IMG/VR virus record: IMGVR_UViG_3300014204_000003
Location: 1 to 64,000 of that record
Strand: one strand, 5' to 3'
From: a virus
Taxonomy: Duplodnaviria; Heunggongvirae; Uroviricota; Caudoviricetes
DNA length: 64,000 bases
This document shows positions 58,308 through 64,000 of the stretch, in pieces. Under the pieces are notes generated by a model. The model was given only the letters and a program-made list of their open reading frames with translations. It had not been told where the DNA came from and ran no database searches. Every line of letters starts with the position of its first letter. The first letter of the stretch is position 1. The position numbers and the translations under genes were made by a program.

Positions 58308-58462
58308 TCTAAAATCCATTTTTATTCCTCGTATAATGGCTCAGGACGAACGATCGGGGTAGGGGGCTATACAATGAGTCTCGTAAGATAGCTAAAACGT
58401 GACTCTGGCAGGTAGGCAAGCCGGATGCGGGGTTTTAATCTCCCCCGTATCCGGCTTTTTGC

Positions 58463-59818
58463 TTATTTATCGTACCAATTGTCCAAAGGAGCCTCTCCTG
58501 TTTCAGGATAAAGGGGGTCAAAACAGGAATAATCGCCATTAAATCTCATTTTTACAGACCCAGTAGGCCCATTCCTCTGTTTTCCAATAATTACATCTGA
58601 CAATCCCACGTCTTCGTCCTTTTCCTTGCCATTGCCTTCCCGGTATAAAAGAATTGCCAAATCGGCATCCTGCTCTATCTGTCCGGATTGTCTCAGATCG
58701 GACATTTGCGGCCGGTGGTCCTTCCGATCTTCGCTTTTTCTGGATAACTGAGCCGCAGACCCAACGCAGATATCGAGATTCTTGGCCATATTCTTCATGC
58801 CGGTGGAATTGTATGAGACTTTTTCCTGATCCGAACGGTTTGCAAGAAATTTAGGTACAGGCATAAGTTGGAGATAATCGAAAAGTACTAATTTCGCTCT
58901 ATCTCTTAGGCGCCGAATCCTAGACCGGGCATCGCTGATAGTGATATCCGTGGAATCATCGATGTAAATGGCTAAATCAGAAAGTATGCCGCATGCCCTA
59001 CCTATCTTGTCCCATTCTTCCCGATTAATAAATCCTGTTGCCATCTTGGATAATGAGACTCTTGCTTCTTCGGCAATCATTCTCAAAACCAACTGGTGAG
59101 AAGACATTTCGAGAGAGAAAATTAGAAGCACATGACCATTAAGCGCAATTTTCTTGGCAATATTCATCATCAGGCTGGATTTACCAGAACCGGGACGGCC
59201 GGCGATAATGAAAAACTCTTTGGTCTGAAGTCCCCGGGGGATCATTGCATCAAGATCAGGGTATCCCAGCCTAATTCCGTCCTTATTGTGATGACTGGCA
59301 ATCATTTCAATTTCACTGTAAGTGGTCCCGATTATATCAGCCAGTTTTTTGGGTCCAGAATTCCTCTCTACCCGGGCTATTTCAATATCCAGCCTGGCAA
59401 AGGCATCGTTCACGACATCCTTGAATTTTTGAGAGTCGTAACACTTACTCATGATTTCCATGCCTACTTGGACTCCGATCCTTAAGGCATGCTGTTCACG
59501 GATAATATCTTGATATTGGTCAGCGAGTCCTTCATGAAAGTTTGGGATTCCGTCTGATAGGGAAGCAAGGTAAGCCGCTCCTCCACAGTGTTCCAATTCA
59601 TTATTCCGCTGGAGCTCGTGAATAACAGATATCAAGTCTGGGCCTTTTCCGGATTGGGCCATTTCGGCCATACAACGCCAGATTTTTCTATGGCTGTCTA
59701 AATAAAAATCTTCGGTATCCAACTCGATATTGCATTGCCCGGACGTGAGGATATATCCAAGGATTATTTTCTCAACTTCGAGATTATGGGGTAAGGTTTT
59801 TTCCAGAGAGATATCCAT
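58463..59818 (-). CDS. dnaB: DnaB-family replicative helicase
   Basis: Walker A IIAGRPGSGKSSL, Walker B LVLFDYLQLM, and the DnaB N-terminal domain pattern (LPHNLEVEKIILG). Confidence 0.8.
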   Translation of the reverse strand: MDISLEKTLPHNLEVEKIILGYILTSGQCNIELDTEDFYLDSHRKIWRCMAEMAQSGKGPDLISVIHELQRNNELEHCGGAAYLASLSDGIPNFHEGLADQYQDIIREQHALRIGVQVGMEIMSKCYDSQKFKDVVNDAFARLDIEIARVERNSGPKKLADIIGTTYSEIEMIASHHNKDGIRLGYPDLDAMIPRGLQTKEFFIIAGRPGSGKSSLMMNIAKKIALNGHVLLIFSLEMSSHQLVLRMIAEEARVSLSKMATGFINREEWDKIGRACGILSDLAIYIDDSTDITISDARSRIRRLRDRAKLVLFDYLQLMPVPKFLANRSDQEKVSYNSTGMKNMAKNLDICVGSAAQLSRKSEDRKDHRPQMSDLRQSGQIEQDADLAILLYREGNGKEKDEDVGLSDVIIGKQRNGPTGSVKMRFNGDYSCFDPLYPETGEAPLDNWYDK

Positions 59819-60633
59819 TATTTGCCATCCCCAAACTTAATTGTGCAAGTGGATTCCTTTATTCTACGCAGCATTGCATCCCCATAAACATCCGAGAAAT
59901 CCTTCTCGTTATAATTCGTGGTGATATTCAGGACTACATTGGATGGATTTGAACAGCAGTAGTCGGCAATGCTAAATAGCTGATTATAAACATATTCACT
60001 CTCAGGAGCTTTTCCCCATTCGTCTATGAATAAGTGGAAGGGACCAAAGTAGCTTTTTTTTAAATCACTGACTGTTACCAAATTATGGTCTACGTCTCCA
60101 GAACGCCCGAGCTCATCTTTGCGGAGGCTATTTACGAGATCACGACAAGAGGTAAACTTTGCTTGGCGCCCGGCATATAGGGCTTCCTTGTACAGGGCCC
60201 ACATAAGATAACTCTTGCCGGTCCCGGACGGTCCCAAGAAGAAGAATGCATCCAGTGGGCTTTCCTTAATAAACTCAATAATTGCAACTTGACGAGATAA
60301 ATCGGAATAGAGTTTTTCGTAAGGCGTTATGTCTTTAAGCCTTGGAGCTTTCAGGAATATCTCCGGTACTGTTTTCCTGATTATCGATTCCGCTCTCCGG
60401 TTCAGGACACACTGGCACACTCGAACCGCCGTTCGTTCCTGATTCCATATTTCCCCCATGTCGTTGCAGCCAGCGCAAAGAGGGTTCGATTTTGACAGTA
60501 AGTTTGGGTTTTCCTCCCACGCCTTTTCCATTTTCTGTTGTATGTCCTTCAATACTTCCCCGATTACGCCGCTTACGGGATTCGGCTGCTTGGTCTCCAT
60601 TGTCCTTAAAATTCCTTTCATAGGTTCCACCAA
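59818..60633 (-). CDS. DnaC/IstB-like AAA+ helicase loader
   Basis: FFFLGPSGTGKSYLMWAL Walker A and LFIDEWG Walker B, with an N-terminal Cys cluster (CAGC...CQC). The start overlaps the upstream gene tail. Confidence 0.65.
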   Translation of the reverse strand: MVEPMKGILRTMETKQPNPVSGVIGEVLKDIQQKMEKAWEENPNLLSKSNPLCAGCNDMGEIWNQERTAVRVCQCVLNRRAESIIRKTVPEIFLKAPRLKDITPYEKLYSDLSRQVAIIEFIKESPLDAFFFLGPSGTGKSYLMWALYKEALYAGRQAKFTSCRDLVNSLRKDELGRSGDVDHNLVTVSDLKKSYFGPFHLFIDEWGKAPESEYVYNQLFSIADYCCSNPSNVVLNITTNYNEKDFSDVYGDAMLRRIKESTCTIKFGDGK

Positions 60634-61774
60634 GGACTTTATTTATTCGATCAATATCCTTGGCCAGCCAAGTCGGTGACATAAACCAATAATTTGTCGG
60701 ATGAGTCTTTGTGGCCATCCTCGTTACAAACTCACTCCACTTATCAAGTCCACCCATTTTATTGAAAACTTCACATAGCTTCTCCAGAAGATCTGGATTA
60801 AGGCCTACAACGACTTCTTGCAACGGTCCTCTTTTTTTATTCCATTCCTCAATTAAAAGTAAGGGAGATATAGAGGGTTTATACTGCTTCTGTTCCTGCT
60901 TCTGTTCCTGCTTCTGGATAGCTTGGTCATACCTGAAGACTTCCGGTAAGACTAACATGAAGCCTTGCGTTAAGCCTAAGGCGTAGTCTTTAACCTGTTG
61001 AATTAATTCATCTTTAAGGGTACACTCCGGGACTAACTCCAACGCTGACCCCCATGATTTAACCGCATTAGGAGACTCCGGTGGGTTGTATTTCTGGAAC
61101 TTGGGAAGCCATATAAAAGAAGCCTTTTCATCGTGCTTAACCATGTCCTTAGATAGGGCTTCATTGAAGGCATCACGGAAGGCTTCCGGTAGCCATCCAA
61201 GCTCTGCTGCCAGTCCGGGGATGGATCCTCTCATAGCCCCTAACATGGTTATAAATGGATGCGTGAGTAAAAACAGAAACACAAGCTTGCCCTCATTAGA
61301 CAGGCTCATAAATTTAGAATCATTCCATATTGTCGGGCTTATTTTACGATAACGGCTACCCATGGTTTCTCCTTCAACTTCCTGATCGGTTCCAATCGCA
61401 TGAGAATTTTGGGGAGAGGCTTCGTTATCCGCCTCTCCGTGTTTTTCGCTATACTCGTTTGCCATCTTTATTCGTGGGGATTGCGAGGATTTTACTGCGG
61501 ATTTTAATTCTTTATTATTATTCCTGACGGCCGATAAAAGATATTCAATATTAGACCGTTTTTTTATTGCCAAATTAAACGCTTCGATGACAATATCCGG
61601 ATTCTCTCCCGACAACTCCCATATTTGCATTGCCAGTTCTTTTAATGGAGCTTCCTCTTTTTTATTGTAAAAGAGGATCTTACCGTTGCCGGCTATCTTC
61701 TTTAGGACGCCATTAATGTCATTGGAGCAAGTCGGAATCCTATTCCTTGTCAGACTTTCCCAAGTTTCTCCCAT
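60335..61774 (-). CDS. putative replication initiation / replisome-organiser protein
   Basis: 479-aa ORF immediately upstream of the loader-helicase pair. The central Q/E/K-rich linker is encoded by the tandem repeat cttctgttcctg x3. Function inferred only from position. Confidence 0.35.
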   Translation of the reverse strand: MGETWESLTRNRIPTCSNDINGVLKKIAGNGKILFYNKKEEAPLKELAMQIWELSGENPDIVIEAFNLAIKKRSNIEYLLSAVRNNNKELKSAVKSSQSPRIKMANEYSEKHGEADNEASPQNSHAIGTDQEVEGETMGSRYRKISPTIWNDSKFMSLSNEGKLVFLFLLTHPFITMLGAMRGSIPGLAAELGWLPEAFRDAFNEALSKDMVKHDEKASFIWLPKFQKYNPPESPNAVKSWGSALELVPECTLKDELIQQVKDYALGLTQGFMLVLPEVFRYDQAIQKQEQKQEQKQYKPSISPLLLIEEWNKKRGPLQEVVVGLNPDLLEKLCEVFNKMGGLDKWSEFVTRMATKTHPTNYWFMSPTWLAKDIDRINKVLGGTYERNFKDNGDQAAESRKRRNRGSIEGHTTENGKGVGGKPKLTVKIEPSLRWLQRHGGNMESGTNGGSSVPVCPEPESGIDNQENSTGDIPESSKA

Positions 61775-62021
61775 ATCTACCTTTTATGCGATCGGCATAT
61801 TCATCGGCTCTTCTGTGGCATTCAGCGCATAATCCCGAAGCGTTACTTCTCTCATCTCCGCCAAGTTGCGACCTTTTGGTGATATGCTGCCTGGTAAGAG
61901 GCTTTATGTGCCCGCAGCCGGCGCAGTATCCATCCTGACCACAAAAAATATCTTCCCGCTGTTCCGAATAATCATGCTTCGATAGTTTGATCCGTTTTAT
62001 TTTCCAGTTTGGTTCTGGCAT
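61740..62021 (-). CDS. hypothetical HNH-like zinc-finger protein
   Basis: CGQDGYCAGCGH...H...CAECHRR. Confidence 0.35.
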   Translation of the reverse strand: MPEPNWKIKRIKLSKHDYSEQREDIFCGQDGYCAGCGHIKPLTRQHITKRSQLGGDERSNASGLCAECHRRADEYADRIKGRYGRNLGKSDKE

Positions 62022-62769
62022 CGCGTCCTTCTTCTACCCATGTTGCCAGTTGAGCTACCATCCGGTCATAGATGTAAGGCTGGTCCCTGTCTATCTGTTC
62101 ATAACATCTCTGGATTATTCCCATAAGGAAGGCATTTCTGTTTTGAACCCTCCCTTGCCCATCATCCCTGTACCCAGAGAGGAATTCCCGGAAGATCGTG
62201 CAGATAGCTTCGGTATTTTTTTCAATACCGGTTTCCATCTTTATGACTCTAAGGGCTTCCGTGTAATCAAAATACTGGCTTCCGACAAAAGAAAGTGTCT
62301 CGATGATAACTTCCTCTACCGGGCTCCGGGCAGCTACTTTACCTGCAATCGCATCCTTAACCCTTCGATGGAAGGTCTCACGATCCTCCTCGAGGGCATG
62401 AGAAAAATAATTCTGGGGAATGGCGCCGAAGTATTTGTGTATTTTTACAAGATCACGGCATTTAGTGGGACCAATCTCGCTCAGGATCTTATGGTCGCAG
62501 TAACCAAGAGTCTGCCCAATATTAATCAACTGATAATAATATTGCCTGCTGTGGGAGAAGGAAGCCTCGACATATTGGCTTTCATCATCGAATCCGCGGA
62601 CCTTCCAGTATTTATTTCTGTGAGTCTCGAGAAGATTCAAACAGAGGAGCATCATGTTCTTTTCAACCGCTTTTTCGGCCCTATCCTTCCAATCTATTAA
62701 GCGGTCAATTTCTTGCAGAACTTGGCTGGCCCGGACGGTATCCAGGGCGTATTCTTGGGTCTCTTCCAT
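61972..62769 (-). CDS. hypothetical protein
   Basis: 265-aa ORF. Confidence 0.4.
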   Translation of the reverse strand: MEETQEYALDTVRASQVLQEIDRLIDWKDRAEKAVEKNMMLLCLNLLETHRNKYWKVRGFDDESQYVEASFSHSRQYYYQLINIGQTLGYCDHKILSEIGPTKCRDLVKIHKYFGAIPQNYFSHALEEDRETFHRRVKDAIAGKVAARSPVEEVIIETLSFVGSQYFDYTEALRVIKMETGIEKNTEAICTIFREFLSGYRDDGQGRVQNRNAFLMGIIQRCYEQIDRDQPYIYDRMVAQLATWVEEGRDARTKLENKTDQTIEA

Positions 62770-63310
62770 CGCACGGTATCCCCTTGATTAATTCTTCTGT
62801 GTTGGGAAATGACAATTGCTGTTTTGTGACGTACCGTTCATATGCCTTGGCTTCTGCTAGGAAGCCGAATACCGGATCCCCAGTTTTGCCCTTACTTCGC
62901 CAACTTATGATATGTAGACGGGCAATTACGCAATCTATCCCGACATATCGGCATAGAGCCGGAAACCAAGCTTCGCCAAATAAAACCCTCTTGGCATCCC
63001 TTCTGAGCTTATCCGATATCCCCTTAGACAGGTAATCCTTTTCTGCCCGCCTGACTATATCAATCATAATTTTGACTCGCCGGGCGGCCGGCAGGTCTTG
63101 ATCAAACGGCCAATCAGAACGGGATATCTTCGTCGGTAATTGGTCGATTTTTGTAACTGTCGAATAATTCGTCTTTCTTGGTGGTGGTACTGCGCGGCCC
63201 ACCATCTGGACCAAACATTCCCGGAGTGCTGCCGGGCTTTTCGCTTTCTGGGGGATGGGCATCCTGTGCTGGCCTTGCTCCGCCTGGTGCGGTAATTTCC
63301 CTGACGACAA
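62705..63310 (-). CDS. hypothetical protein
   Basis: 201-aa ORF. Confidence 0.4.
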   Translation of the reverse strand: MSSGKLPHQAEQGQHRMPIPQKAKSPAALRECLVQMVGRAVPPPRKTNYSTVTKIDQLPTKISRSDWPFDQDLPAARRVKIMIDIVRRAEKDYLSKGISDKLRRDAKRVLFGEAWFPALCRYVGIDCVIARLHIISWRSKGKTGDPVFGFLAEAKAYERYVTKQQLSFPNTEELIKGIPCDGRDPRIRPGYRPGQPSSARN

Positions 63311-63611
63311 TTTCTGTGGCCGTTTTCTCTATGCTATCCCTGCCGGTGTATTTCCGGACCTGTATTTCTCCTTGGACAACAACAAACTGGCCCTTTTTAA
63401 GATACTGATAACAGAATTCCGCAATTCTGTCAAAGGCAACACAGTTGATCCAAGTAGCATTCTCTTTGGTTTCTCCCTCAGCATTGATGTAATTGCGATT
63501 TACCGCAATACTGAAGGTCGCTCTGGCCTTTTTACCCGGGCCCGCTACTGTCCCTTCCGGATCCCGGCCCAAGTGTCCCGTTCCAAACCACCTATTTTGA
63601 TCGTTTGCCAT
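63114..63611 (-). CDS. ssb: single-stranded DNA-binding protein
   Basis: OB-fold pattern (RWFGTGHLGRDPE...ATFSIAVNR...WINCVAFDRIAEF...KGQFVVVQGEIQVRKY) and the acidic C-terminal tail ending DEDIPF. Confidence 0.85.
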   Translation of the reverse strand: MANDQNRWFGTGHLGRDPEGTVAGPGKKARATFSIAVNRNYINAEGETKENATWINCVAFDRIAEFCYQYLKKGQFVVVQGEIQVRKYTGRDSIEKTATEIVVREITAPGGARPAQDAHPPESEKPGSTPGMFGPDGGPRSTTTKKDELFDSYKNRPITDEDIPF

Positions 63612-63661
63612 TATTAATTACTCCTTGGAGATCAACCGGCCGGATGTCACTCCGGCCGGAT

Positions 63662-64000
63662 TTATTATGTAACGGTCTTATCAATAAAAGCAATTAGGTC
63701 CCTGAATTCCTTAAGAGCACCGTATTTTTGCTTCCACGTAATAAGGTCCCGTTTTGCTTGCTTAAAAAGATACTCACAACTTTCAGGTTCCGACATCGCT
63801 GAAATTGTATCGGTATAGAACCTTTCTTCGCCGACAACGACATTTACATAAGCTCTGGTTACAATCGGATTTTTATTTACGCCACCATCGGTTACGTAAA
63901 CTATAATCCTTAATAATTTAGCTGCCTGAGCTATGCGATATTGCTCCCCTGCTACCTTATCATCCCACTCGAAATAACGATGAAGAGGATGGCTTGGGTC
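63662..64000 (-). CDS. hypothetical protein, C-terminal fragment (gene continues beyond window)
   Basis: The reverse frame is open from the window edge to TAA at 63662-63664 and is collinear with ssb. Not in the ORF track because the start lies outside the window. Confidence 0.4.

Noticed and set aside
60860-60925. Tandem repeat cttctgttcctg x3 as a CRISPR or satellite feature
   Set aside because: It is in-frame inside a CDS and simply encodes a QKQEQKQEQKQ linker. No spacer-repeat architecture exists anywhere in the window, and no CRISPR array was found.

Overview
The window looks like part of a large tailed-phage genome or prophage. Genes are densely packed, mostly on the minus strand from 1 to 44.5 kb and from 58.4 to 64 kb, with a plus-strand block of small ORFs at 44.6-58.3 kb. 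Recognisable genes are a large terminase subunit, a putative portal protein, three HNH endonucleases, a PurA-type adenylosuccinate synthetase, a superfamily-2 helicase, a DnaB helicase with a DnaC-like loader, SSB, a small tyrosine recombinase next to tRNA-Met, and several methyltransferases and glycosyltransferases. A dense cluster of at least 12 canonical tRNA genes lies at 10.3-13.3 kb, 17.8 kb and 55.1 kb. The most unusual locus is 14.5-17.9 kb: a Ro60-like protein (TROVE plus VWA domains) is followed by at least three repeats of a permuted tRNA-like module, in the order T-arm, acceptor stem closed by an 8-13 nt loop, then D-arm and a further hairpin. These resemble bacterial Y RNA tRNA-like domains or circularly permuted tRNA genes. 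They are interleaved with canonical tRNAs and HNH endonuclease genes. Other notable features are an ArfB-type GGQ peptidyl-tRNA hydrolase, a J-domain fused to a kinase-like domain beside a VWA protein and PurA, a 5'-UTR hairpin plus purine-rich RBS motif upstream of five plus-strand genes, and a 15-bp near-palindrome GTAAACCCGGTTTAC repeated at least six times. RNA and motif coordinates come from hand folding and may be off by 1-2 nt, and no database search was possible.
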